A stretch of DNA of 58,754 nt from assembly GCA_045637205.1 (NCBI GenBank), contig JAZTYY010000070.1, forward strand, positions 1 through 58,754, given 5' to 3'. The notes under the pieces are model-generated. The model saw only the letters and a list, made by a program, of their open reading frames with translations, was not told where the DNA came from and did not search any database. The DNA is from Eubacteriales bacterium. Its GTDB lineage: Bacteria; Bacillota; Clostridia; Oscillospirales; CAG-272. Numbering within the stretch: position 1 is the stretch's first letter; each line of letters opens with the position of its first letter. The translations under genes and the position numbers were made by a program. Below are positions 7,881 to 17,477 of the stretch, piece by piece.

Positions 7881-10800
7881 TTATACTGGTATTTCAACCG
7901 CTTCACCATAGGGTAGTGAGTAGATAAGAATTTTATCAGGTGCTTTGCCCAAAAATCTTTCAATCGCCATAGCATAGTATTCAAGCTGTTTGCCGTGGCG
8001 GTCTTGCATCTTTTTGATAACGAGTACCTCATCTCGAATTTCTTCAGGCGTGAGATAGTCGGTTTTGTAATCGCAAAGAATTATTTTGCCGTTTTCGTCC
8101 TCAAAGAAAAGGTCGATAACACCTTGAACAAGAACATCTTCATTTTCAATTTCACCCTGGAATTCTTCATCCTGTGTGAACTGAGATGCAGGAAGCAAAA
8201 TATTAAATCTTTGCTCGCGATAGGTTTTCTTTGCGTTTTTGAGTATTGAATAAAAATCACTCTCAAAGAATTTTTCGATTTGCTTCAAATTAATCAATTC
8301 AGCAACCTGTGGAGCAATGAATTTTTTATCCACAAGACGTTCAAGCTCAGCTTTTACACCATTTTTCTCAGCATTTGCGAAGTCACAAAATTGCAAGAAA
8401 AGATGAGTTGCAGTACCTTTGTCCGCGCTTGTTATTTTTGATTTGCTTTCAAAGAATTCTTCAATTTCAAGGATTTTTGCTTCGTCAAAGCTTTCAAGCG
8501 TTGCCGCATCGTCATCCATATCGTCAAGCACAGTTGGGGTGAGCTTGGATACTGAGAGTTTTGCTGGGAGCTTGTTTAAATGTGAGTGAGGATATTTATA
8601 ATTCAATCTCTCGTTTATCAAATCAATTTGCTCTTGTGAGATACTTTCATTTGCAATTATTTCATCCTCATTCAATATGCTTTCAGCCTCGTTAATTTTT
8701 ATTGCATCCTTTTCAAAAGCTGTGAAGGTATATGAAATGCCGTTTTGAAGAGGATATATTGCACCAAGAATCATAGCAAGCCAGTTTTTACATTTTTTGA
8801 TTTTGAAATCACTTGCAAATGCCGATGTAAGAGAGGCTTTATCATTTAGCGTTTCAAGGTGTGAACGCGTATGTGCCGAAATATAAAGGCGCTCTCTTGC
8901 ACGAGTTAAGGCAACGTACAAAATTCGCATTTCTTCTTCAATTTGCGCGTTGAGAATCTCAAGTGAAACGGCTTCTCTAATGGGGGTGTTAAGTCTAGCC
9001 ATTCCGCTTTCATAAGCAAGCTTTAAGCCTATTCCTGCACGAGAATTGTACAAAAGATTGGGCTTTGTATCTTCCTTACTAAATGAGCTTTGTGTGTTAC
9101 AAATAAAGCAAACGGGGAATTCAAGTCCCTTGGATTTGTGGGCAGTAATCATATGCACTGCATTTGTATCCGCATCCTCATAGCTGAGTGAGGGGACTTT
9201 TTTGTTTTCAATCAACTCGTTGATATATGAAATAAAGTTATTTAAACCCTTGAATGAACCCGATTCAAATCTTCTTGCCATTTCATAAAGACGGGTAAGA
9301 TTTTGATTGCTTGTGCCATCCAATGACATTATTGAAAGGTCACGATAGATGTGATTAATCAACTTGTCAATAGCAAGAGACGTTGAAAGTGAACGGTATT
9401 GAGTAAGTTTCTCCATAAAATACTTATTTTTTTCAATAATGGAGTCATTTTTGCCACAATAATTTTTCAATGCCTCAAACAGTGACATTTTAGAATCGGC
9501 GCTTGTTCTGATTTCTATAAGCTCGTCCATGGTATAGGCAAAAATTGGGGAGTAAAGGGTTGCTGCAAGGGGAATATCTCTGTGGGGATTATCTATGCTC
9601 GAGAGCAGGGATAAAACCAAGAGAACGTCGGGAGTTTCAAAAAGGTCATATTTTGAGTTGTCCGAGCAAGGAATACCCAAAGCCTCAAGCGCTTTTGAAA
9701 TATCGGCCGCAGGAGTTGTCGCCCTCATGAGCACCGCTATGTCGCGGGGCTCAATTTTTGTGCCGTCAGCCTTGTATTCATATTTAATCAAGCGTTGAAT
9801 TTCATTTGCAATCCAAATGGCCTCGGGATTGATATTTTCAACGTCGTCGCCCTCATCATTGTCCTCGTCGTCCTCCTTGGCGCTTGCATCGGAGGTTACA
9901 ACCATTACGTTAACCATTGGAGAGGGGAGCGTGCGTCCTTCTTCGACCTTTGAAAAAATGAGATTGTCATCAAAGGTATATTCGATGCTCTCTCCACAGT
10001 TTCCAAAAAGGAAAGAGAAGATTTTGTTTGTAAACAAAATAACGTTTTCGTCGCAACGGAAGTTGTTTGACATAAAAATCAATGCATTGTCAGAATTGTT
10101 TGCATTTTCGAGAGAAGGAAAGCTCTTTTTATAGCCTGCAAACACGTCGGGGTCAGCTCCACGGAAGCTATAGATGCTTTGCTTAATATCACCAACCATA
10201 AATCTATTGTTGGGCTTGGAAATAAGTGTGAAAATACGGTCTTGCATAGCATCAACGTCCTGATATTCGTCTATGTAAATTTCGTCAAATTGATTGCGAT
10301 ATGCAAGGGCTATATCACTTGGCTCACCGTTTTCATCGGTAAGAAGCTGATATGCAAAGCGTCTTATATCATCAAAATCAAATGCCTTGCGCCTAATTTT
10401 TTCTTCAAGCACGGCATTTTCAAATTCCTCAAGAACAGTGTAAAGAGCCTTCAAAATGCTTGCGGTTTGAAGCATGGATTTTTTAATTTCTTCATCATCG
10501 AATGAGAAGAATTTTTCATTTATATCCTTGATAAAAGCACAAGCCTCATCTCTAAGTCCCTTACAAGAAAGAATTTCATCAGTTTGAAATTCTTTTTTGA
10601 GTATTGAGAGCCTTTTCTTTGTAAATGTGATTGAATGCTCACGCGCAACGGTATATTTATTTTGCTTGAGAAGTGAAAGCAATTTTTCAAAGAATTCTTT
10701 TTCTGAAGAAAAGCTTGCAAGATATGCAGCTGATGCCTGTTCATTTGCCGCAATTATATCGCAACATCTCTTATAAGCATCGTAATAGCTTGTTATACCG

Positions 10801-11471
10801 CTCATAAGATAGTTGTAAATTATTTTACCCTGTCTGCTTGAGAAGAAGTCCTTGCAACTATCCTTAGTTAATTCGTCAGAGAATGACAATATAGCTTTTG
10901 TGCCCTCAGTCTTTGAACAAAGCTTTTCCTCAAGAGTCAAGAAAATATCTGAAAGAGTGTCGCTTTGTTTAGCCGTTGTGAAGTTTTCAACGAATGAGAG
11001 AAAGTTATCGTCATCAGCACTTGCATCATAGTGCCTTTCGATAATTTCATCCATAACGGATTTGCGAAGAAGCGCCATTTCACCTTCATCGGCAAGACGG
11101 AAATTAGAGGGCAGGGAAAGTCTTTGGAAGTTTGAACGAACTATATCAAGATAGAATGAGTCAATGGTGCAAATGTGTGCACTTTCAAGAAGAACAAGCT
11201 GCTTTGAAAGATATTGACTTGTTGGATTTTTAGCCAACTCATCAGATATAGCGGCTGAAATTTTTCTTTTAAGGTCGGCCGCTGAAAGACGTGTGAATGT
11301 AACTATAAGCATTCTTGAGATGCTTGCAGGGTTATTCACGTCGGTTAACTTTCTAACAATTCTTTCAGTTAAGGTTGCAGTTTTACCGGAACCTGCTGCG
11401 GCGGAAACAAGCACGGTTTTGCCACGCGTTTCAATGGCTTGTTTTTGTTTGGGAGTCCAATTTTTGCTCAT
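7881..11471 (-). CDS. addA: ATP-dependent helicase/nuclease subunit A (AddA)
   Basis: It has a UvrD-type N-terminus (TPKQKQAIE..VSAAAGSGKTATL) and a C-terminal nuclease motif (GVIDL..DYKTD). It lies directly downstream of addB. Confidence 0.92.
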   Translation of the reverse strand: MSKNWTPKQKQAIETRGKTVLVSAAAGSGKTATLTERIVRKLTDVNNPASISRMLIVTFTRLSAADLKRKISAAISDELAKNPTSQYLSKQLVLLESAHICTIDSFYLDIVRSNFQRLSLPSNFRLADEGEMALLRKSVMDEIIERHYDASADDDNFLSFVENFTTAKQSDTLSDIFLTLEEKLCSKTEGTKAILSFSDELTKDSCKDFFSSRQGKIIYNYLMSGITSYYDAYKRCCDIIAANEQASAAYLASFSSEKEFFEKLLSLLKQNKYTVAREHSITFTKKRLSILKKEFQTDEILSCKGLRDEACAFIKDINEKFFSFDDEEIKKSMLQTASILKALYTVLEEFENAVLEEKIRRKAFDFDDIRRFAYQLLTDENGEPSDIALAYRNQFDEIYIDEYQDVDAMQDRIFTLISKPNNRFMVGDIKQSIYSFRGADPDVFAGYKKSFPSLENANNSDNALIFMSNNFRCDENVILFTNKIFSFLFGNCGESIEYTFDDNLIFSKVEEGRTLPSPMVNVMVVTSDASAKEDDEDNDEGDDVENINPEAIWIANEIQRLIKYEYKADGTKIEPRDIAVLMRATTPAADISKALEALGIPCSDNSKYDLFETPDVLLVLSLLSSIDNPHRDIPLAATLYSPIFAYTMDELIEIRTSADSKMSLFEALKNYCGKNDSIIEKNKYFMEKLTQYRSLSTSLAIDKLINHIYRDLSIMSLDGTSNQNLTRLYEMARRFESGSFKGLNNFISYINELIENKKVPSLSYEDADTNAVHMITAHKSKGLEFPVCFICNTQSSFSKEDTKPNLLYNSRAGIGLKLAYESGMARLNTPIREAVSLEILNAQIEEEMRILYVALTRARERLYISAHTRSHLETLNDKASLTSAFASDFKIKKCKNWLAMILGAIYPLQNGISYTFTAFEKDAIKINEAESILNEDEIIANESISQEQIDLINERLNYKYPHSHLNKLPAKLSVSKLTPTVLDDMDDDAATLESFDEAKILEIEEFFESKSKITSADKGTATHLFLQFCDFANAEKNGVKAELERLVDKKFIAPQVAELINLKQIEKFFESDFYSILKNAKKTYREQRFNILLPASQFTQDEEFQGEIENEDVLVQGVIDLFFEDENGKIILCDYKTDYLTPEEIRDEVLVIKKMQDRHGKQLEYYAMAIERFLGKAPDKILIYSLPYGEAVEIPV

Positions 11472-11483
11472 ATTTCCACCTCC

Positions 11484-14400
11484 TTAAATTTTTGATTTGC
11501 ACGCAGATGCACGGCAAATGGATTTCATTTTACAGTAACGGCAAGGCCCTTTTTCACCCTTGCGAAGAGGAATAGCATTTGCTTTGCCATCACGCATACT
11601 TTCAGCTATACGGATAATTGTTTCTGAAAGCATATCGTATATTTCATCGAATCCACCCTCACCTACAACACCCTTGCCAATCATATTTCCGTTTTCATCA
11701 ACTTTGAATTTAGAAACGATTTTGGCATCAAGATTATGATTGATTGCCTGTACTATTTCAATGTCATTTGTGATTAAACCACTTCTTTCAAATTCATTTT
11801 GAATAAGCTGTTCAATGTTTTCACTGTCACAAAACTTGTCAATTGAAACTGTTGGCGCGTTGGATGAAAGATATTGAATTCCTGCCGGAAGAAGCTTACC
11901 ACCAGCTTCGCAACCAAATGCTAATTTTGTTTCTTCAGTTTGTGCGCGACAAATTGAGAACAGGTAAATAAGAAGCTGTGTGTTAAGACCATCCTTAAGG
12001 TCATCGAATGAGAATTCCTTGCTACCGGTTTTGTAGTCAACGATTCTAATATATACGTTTCCGTCTTTTTTATATGTGTCAACTCGGTCGGCAATGCCTC
12101 TAAGAGTGAGCACACTTCCGTCCTTGAGTTTAAATTCTAGGGATTTGATATTGCTATCTCCCATGCCAACCTTCAATTCAAAGTAGGCAGGATAGAAGTC
12201 ACTTTCCTTGAATTCAGTAATGAGATTCTTAGCAATCATAAATGAGAGATTGTTAAGACGAATGAAAAGATGCTTGGTTCTATTTGAAAGGGCATAATCC
12301 TCACCAAGAAGCTCGAAAAGATAATTTTGCACGTTTCGTTGCAAAATTTCATCAATTTCTTCATCACTAAGGGACAATTTCAAATTGCCATCAGCTGAAA
12401 TTTCCTTCATAAACATTTCGAGTATGTAGTGAATGAACGTACCTATATCATTTAATTGGAATGCTGCCTTTTTAGTTTCGCGAAGCCCCAAAACATATGA
12501 GCAATAGTAATCAAAGCCACACATAACATATTTTTCAAGTCTTGATTGTGTCAATGAAAGTCGTTTGCCGAAAAGTTCATTTACTATTTCTGAAGAAACA
12601 GAGCATTTTGTTTGAGAAATGGGAGTATTAAGTCTCTTATCAAAATTATCATTACCCTCGTGATTGGCAATTATTTCTTTAAGTTTACTTGCGTTTTTGT
12701 GATTTTTAATTTTTGAATAAGCCTCTTTAGCGACCTCAACGTTCCAAACTCTATCAAGAATTGAAAGTGAACTTTCCTTTGAGTGATTACTTTCAGGGAA
12801 AAGCTTTTTAACTCTTTCAATGGCTACCGACTGTCTTTGAGAAGCACCGTCGGATGACAATATGCTTGATGTCAATATCAATTTTTCGGAGGGAACTGAA
12901 AGTGCACGGTAAACGAAGAACAGCTCTTCCGCCGTTTTGGTGCTTGTATCTGCTGAAAGTGATATATCAAGCTCCTTTAAAAGCTCCTTGTCGCTATCGG
13001 TGAATATTCCGTTATCCTTAACTGATGCGGGGAATTCGCTTTCGTTAAGTCCCATAATTATAGCAAGCTTTATGTTATCGGTACGAAGCATTGATGCTGA
13101 ACCTATAATTACCTCATCAACGGAGGTTGGAATTGTTCCGATGTCACTTTGTGCAAACATCAATGAAAGCGCAGCTGAAAATTCATCAACCGTGAATTCT
13201 TTGTCACCGAAAACGTTTGCAAGATCATAAAGAATGTTCAAGGTGAGGGAATAGAGCTTCATATCCTCGTCAGCAGCCTTTTTGTTGCCGCGAGCAAGAT
13301 TTTCTGAGCAATTCTTTCTAACCTTTTCTGTAATATTGGAATTTTTCAAGAATTCTATTGTTGCTTGGCACATTTCCTTAACGTTTTTGGATGCATCAAG
13401 CATTGCAAAATAGCGAGTAAGAGGTGGAAGGATAGCATCTCTTACACTATTTGCCGTAACGAGAATCTTTTCTCCTCTTGAAGAAAGATTGGCAGAATAA
13501 CCGTCGGGATTCATGGTCCACCTGTCGTGAAGAAACTTGTTTCCGTTGATATTCCAAGTAGTTACGTAATCTTCAAATATATCTATATCAAATGGGTCAA
13601 TATCTGAATAACCGGATTTAAGATGGGCAATTACACTTTCACCCCTCCAATTTGTATCCTTTATTTTAAGGGCACTGAAAATAAATTTGGTGAGTGATTT
13701 TACCATAAGATCGGTTTTTTCACTCATAAAATAGGGAACGTTGAATTTATCAAGTGCAACGTCGAGTATTCCACGATATTTTTCGGAATCGCGAACAATA
13801 ATTGCAATTTCATTGTACTTCAAGCCGTTTTTAACTGCATTGCAAATTTCACTTGCAACCAATTCTGCCTCAGAATATGGAGTTTCACAAAGATAGCTTG
13901 AAATATCATTACTATTTGTATCAACAAAAGCAGGTGCCTCAAAATTCCAAATGTTTGCTTGGAGATATGAAAGCGCTTTTGAGGAGGTTTTGTGTGTTTC
14001 GGTTAAAAACACCTCGTCATAATCCTTCTTATCGAGATGCTTTTTAAGACCTTGTACGGTTTGCTTTACGCTATCAAGATGAATAGAATTATCATTTGGT
14101 GAAGGGAGTGGCATAGTAATGTAAAGCTCATTGCAAAGCTCACTGATTTTTGAAATAAATTCAAATTCTTGCTTTGTAAAGCCTGCGAATGAATCGAGAT
14201 AAACGCTAGCGCCTTCAAAAAAGTTGCTTTCATTAAGAATATCTATTGCCTTTGAAATATCGTTGGCATTGTCAGTAAAATGCTCGTTAAGCTGATTGGA
14301 ATAAGCAGAATAAATTAAAGCAATGTCGCGCAGCTTACCGTAAAGAGAGGAGCATTCATCAACCCTTGAGCAAGTCATATCAAGCTTTTCCGGGGAAATG

Positions 14401-14792
14401 CAATATGCCTTAAGCTCACTGGTTGCTGACAACATTTTTTGCGTAAGAGAGAAGTCAGAAACGTCACTTGTGTGATATTCCTCAAGCAAAGGTGAGAGCT
14501 CGCGCAAGGTGTTCCACATTATAAGTGCCTTTTGTGGTTTCGTTGCAAAATTGTATGAAAGACCACCATATGTTCTAAAAATTCTATTACAAAGACGGGA
14601 GAAATTGAGAACCTCAATGTTCAGCTGAGCAGACGCCGGAAACAGAGAAACAATCTTGCGCTCAGCGGCAACAGTTTCTTGCTCGGGCACGACAAAAAAT
14701 GCTTTTTTGCCCTGCTTTATATCGCTTTCAAGATATTTTAAAAGTACAGTTGTTTTTCTTGAACCTATTGGACCGTAAATAAAATGTACCAT
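11484..14792 (-). CDS. addB: ATP-dependent helicase/nuclease subunit B (AddB)
   Basis: The Walker A is GPIGSRKTT, the nuclease motif is RIVDYKTG, and the C-terminal Fe-S cysteines are CRYCKMKSIC. I moved the start to Met11 (ATG at 14790-14792) behind AAGGAGAG. Confidence 0.9.
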   Translation of the reverse strand: MVHFIYGPIGSRKTTVLLKYLESDIKQGKKAFFVVPEQETVAAERKIVSLFPASAQLNIEVLNFSRLCNRIFRTYGGLSYNFATKPQKALIMWNTLRELSPLLEEYHTSDVSDFSLTQKMLSATSELKAYCISPEKLDMTCSRVDECSSLYGKLRDIALIYSAYSNQLNEHFTDNANDISKAIDILNESNFFEGASVYLDSFAGFTKQEFEFISKISELCNELYITMPLPSPNDNSIHLDSVKQTVQGLKKHLDKKDYDEVFLTETHKTSSKALSYLQANIWNFEAPAFVDTNSNDISSYLCETPYSEAELVASEICNAVKNGLKYNEIAIIVRDSEKYRGILDVALDKFNVPYFMSEKTDLMVKSLTKFIFSALKIKDTNWRGESVIAHLKSGYSDIDPFDIDIFEDYVTTWNINGNKFLHDRWTMNPDGYSANLSSRGEKILVTANSVRDAILPPLTRYFAMLDASKNVKEMCQATIEFLKNSNITEKVRKNCSENLARGNKKAADEDMKLYSLTLNILYDLANVFGDKEFTVDEFSAALSLMFAQSDIGTIPTSVDEVIIGSASMLRTDNIKLAIIMGLNESEFPASVKDNGIFTDSDKELLKELDISLSADTSTKTAEELFFVYRALSVPSEKLILTSSILSSDGASQRQSVAIERVKKLFPESNHSKESSLSILDRVWNVEVAKEAYSKIKNHKNASKLKEIIANHEGNDNFDKRLNTPISQTKCSVSSEIVNELFGKRLSLTQSRLEKYVMCGFDYYCSYVLGLRETKKAAFQLNDIGTFIHYILEMFMKEISADGNLKLSLSDEEIDEILQRNVQNYLFELLGEDYALSNRTKHLFIRLNNLSFMIAKNLITEFKESDFYPAYFELKVGMGDSNIKSLEFKLKDGSVLTLRGIADRVDTYKKDGNVYIRIVDYKTGSKEFSFDDLKDGLNTQLLIYLFSICRAQTEETKLAFGCEAGGKLLPAGIQYLSSNAPTVSIDKFCDSENIEQLIQNEFERSGLITNDIEIVQAINHNLDAKIVSKFKVDENGNMIGKGVVGEGGFDEIYDMLSETIIRIAESMRDGKANAIPLRKGEKGPCRYCKMKSICRASACKSKI

Positions 14793-14793
14793 A

Positions 14794-15612
14794 TTAGCTC
14801 TCCTTTTCTTCAAGAATTTCAAGATTTCTTTTTATAGTTTTTTTGCCCCTCCATGAGTATGCTCGAAGGGCAAATTCTTCGTCTGACATTGTTTCAAGTG
14901 CGTTGCTTGAAAGGTGTGGAGTGCGATTTTCTTTGAAAAATTCCACGTTGGTGTAGATGGTATTATTGTCTATTGCTGCCTGTGTGTAGGGACATACGTT
15001 TTGACAAATATCGCATCCCCAAGCACAGTTATATTTTTTGATAAGTGATGCCTCATCCGTGCTCAATTCACCCTTTTTTTGAGTGATTGATGAAAGACAT
15101 TTTTCAATATCCATGTCGACAGGACACGCATCAACACATTTACCGCAATTCACACAATATTCGATGCCTTGGAGATTGCAATTGATAATTGCATCGGTAA
15201 TAATCTCCCCAATAAATACGAAAGAGGAGTGTTTTTCAGTGATAAGCAATTTGTTTTTTCCAATAACGCCAAGCCCGGATTTAGCTGCTGCAGTTATTTC
15301 ATTTATTGGTGAGTGATCGGTAAATCCAACGAATTTGTTATCGGGATATTTTGCTTCTAATGAGCCAATTATTTGCTTAAAAAGTGATTCAAAAAAGAAG
15401 TGATAATCACGGCTAATTGCATAGGAAGAAATATTGCTTTTTTCATTTTCGTTGGTTGTAAAATAGGGAACTGCAAAAATAATTGCCGCGCCCTTGTCTA
15501 TTCCTTTTTTCTCTAAAAGGTATGGGCGCTTTATTTCGCACTCATCAAGAGAGATGCAGGAGACAAGATTGATATTGAATTTTGCAAGCTCTGATTTTAT
15601 AAAGTCAAGCAT
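14794..15612 (-). CDS. queG: epoxyqueuosine reductase-like protein (short QueG form, two 4Fe-4S motifs)
   Basis: The QueG-like core is FTDHSPINE..AAKSGLGVIGKNKLLIT..SSFVFIGEIITD. The ferredoxin motifs are CVNCGKCVDACP and CDICQNVCP. Confidence 0.7.
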   Translation of the reverse strand: MLDFIKSELAKFNINLVSCISLDECEIKRPYLLEKKGIDKGAAIIFAVPYFTTNENEKSNISSYAISRDYHFFFESLFKQIIGSLEAKYPDNKFVGFTDHSPINEITAAAKSGLGVIGKNKLLITEKHSSFVFIGEIITDAIINCNLQGIEYCVNCGKCVDACPVDMDIEKCLSSITQKKGELSTDEASLIKKYNCAWGCDICQNVCPYTQAAIDNNTIYTNVEFFKENRTPHLSSNALETMSDEEFALRAYSWRGKKTIKRNLEILEEKES

Positions 15613-15820
15613 AACATCCTCCTTTTCAAGCGTTTATACTTTTATTATACCTCAATATTTTTATTTTTTCAAGTAAAAATGGCAAATTTTTTTAATATTT
15701 TTTTATTTATAAAAAAATATTAAAATTTATATATATAAAAATAAGGGCATTTTTTGTTCAAAAAAAGTTCATAATTTTGGTATAAAATGAAATTTAAATA
15801 TTTTATGCTTTGGAGAACAT

Positions 15821-16651
15821 ATGAAATCGACTGAAATTTTAATATGTCCCGTTTGTAAAAATACGCTTTTGAAAGAAGAAAAAAGCTATTTTTGTATCGG
15901 GGAAAAAAGGCATTGCTTTGATATTTCATCATCAGGACACGTAAATCTTTGTCCAGGAAGGGCAACGGGTGGTGACGATAAAAAGGCCGTGCGATCAAGA
16001 ACTGAATTTTTAAATCTCGGCTACTATCAGCCCATTGCTGACAAGGTTTGCAATATACTTTCTGAATTGAATAATGAATGTGCGGTGGTGGATGCAGGCT
16101 GTGGTGAAGGGTATTATACAAATCGCATAGCACAGTCAGTCGGTGCCGTAACTTATGGCTTTGATTTGTCTAAGGAGGCCATCATTTCAGCATCCAAGAG
16201 TGCCAAAAGACAGGGCATCTCAAATGCAATTTTCGGTGTTGGTGGAATATACGATTTACCCGTAGCAAATGAGAGCGCAGATGCTATTACAAACATCTTT
16301 GCTCCTTGTGCCGAAGAGGAATTCACACGCATCTTGAAGGCTGGAGGTCTGCTGGTTGTTGTTACTGCAGGTAAAAATCATTTATATGGCTTAAAGAGTG
16401 CAATATATGATACCGTTCATCTCAACGAAGAACGCGCCGATATGCCTAAAAATATGATTTTTGAGGGCAAGCATAACGTCTCCTACAAGATTCAACTCAA
16501 TGATTCGGAATCAATACGTAATTTGTTTTCTATGACACCCTACAGCTATCGCACAAGTGAAAAGGACATGCAAAAGCTGCTTGCACTTGAGTCACTTGAA
16601 ACCGAGGTTGAGGTTGACATATTCGTTTATAGAAAGGATGTGAAAAAATGA
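15821..16651 (+). CDS. rlmA: 23S rRNA (guanine-N1)-methyltransferase, RlmA family
   Basis: The N-terminal zinc ribbon is CPVC..YFC..H.FD....G.VNL, as in RrmA. The SAM motif is VVDAGCGEGYY. Confidence 0.8.
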   Translation: MKSTEILICPVCKNTLLKEEKSYFCIGEKRHCFDISSSGHVNLCPGRATGGDDKKAVRSRTEFLNLGYYQPIADKVCNILSELNNECAVVDAGCGEGYYTNRIAQSVGAVTYGFDLSKEAIISASKSAKRQGISNAIFGVGGIYDLPVANESADAITNIFAPCAEEEFTRILKAGGLLVVVTAGKNHLYGLKSAIYDTVHLNEERADMPKNMIFEGKHNVSYKIQLNDSESIRNLFSMTPYSYRTSEKDMQKLLALESLETEVEVDIFVYRKDVKK

Positions 16652-17361
16652 GAATATCACTTTGCATCCCGATGTATAATGAAAGCTCGATAATTGAAAA
16701 AACTGCTAAAGAGCTTGACTCATATATGAGCAAGCATTTTGGAAGCGATTACGAAATTATTTTTTCTGATGACGGTAGCGTTGACGGTTCAGCTGATATT
16801 GTTAACGGCTTGAATTTAAAGAATGTTAAGGTTGTTGGGTATGAGAAAAATCAAGGTAAGGGTTGTGCTGTTCGCCACGGAGTTTTGTCTTCTTGTGGGG
16901 ATATAGTTATCTTTACTGATGCCGATCTTGCCTATGGTGTTGACGTTATTGATGAAGCGGTCAAAATCATTGAAAGAAAAGAGCAGCCCGTGCTTGTTGC
17001 ATCCAGAGCCAAGCACAAGGAAGGGTATGAGGGATATACCGCAATAAGAAAGCTTGCATCTAAAACGTATATCAAGCTGCTCAATCTTTTTGGAGGCATC
17101 AAAATCTCTGATGCTCAATGTGGATTTAAGGCATTTGACGGGGAAGTGGGAAGAAGAATTTTTTCTCTTTGCAAAACCAATAATTTTGCCTTTGACCTTG
17201 AGGTAATACTTTGGGCTCAAAAATTAAAGCTACCAATCTATGAAATGCCCGCTAAAATAATTAATCACAGAGAGTCCAAGGTTAATCTTTTAAGGGATTC
17301 TTTCAAAATGCTTAAGGAAATTTCTGCTATAAAAAGAAATATTAGGAATACAAAGGTCTAA
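16648..17361 (+). CDS. family 2 glycosyltransferase (polyprenyl-phosphate sugar transferase-like)
   Basis: The GT2 motifs are SLCIPMYNE, FSDDGSVDGS and FTDADL. Its start overlaps the rlmA stop by 4 nt (ATGA). Confidence 0.8.
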   Translation: MRISLCIPMYNESSIIEKTAKELDSYMSKHFGSDYEIIFSDDGSVDGSADIVNGLNLKNVKVVGYEKNQGKGCAVRHGVLSSCGDIVIFTDADLAYGVDVIDEAVKIIERKEQPVLVASRAKHKEGYEGYTAIRKLASKTYIKLLNLFGGIKISDAQCGFKAFDGEVGRRIFSLCKTNNFAFDLEVILWAQKLKLPIYEMPAKIINHRESKVNLLRDSFKMLKEISAIKRNIRNTKV

Positions 17362-17477
17362 AAAAGGAAAATTTTATAATAAATATAATAAAATATTCAA
17401 ATTAACCCTTGCAATTTTTATCGTATTGTGGTAATATTATCTTAACAATACAAAAAATTACTTATACGGAGGCACGT

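Noticed and set aside
17409-17477. N-terminal extensions suggested by the ORF track. They occur here and at 5810-5872, 14793-14822, 26155-26217, 33684-33719, 36087-36107, 39277-39426, 44732-44773, 48381-48431, 48393-48509, 51566-51595, 52636-52683 and 53770-53820.
   Set aside because: In each case an internal ATG is preceded at 5-10 nt by a strong AGGAGG-type site and begins the recognisable signal peptide or conserved N-terminus. The extension covers promoter or terminator DNA or the end of the neighbouring gene.
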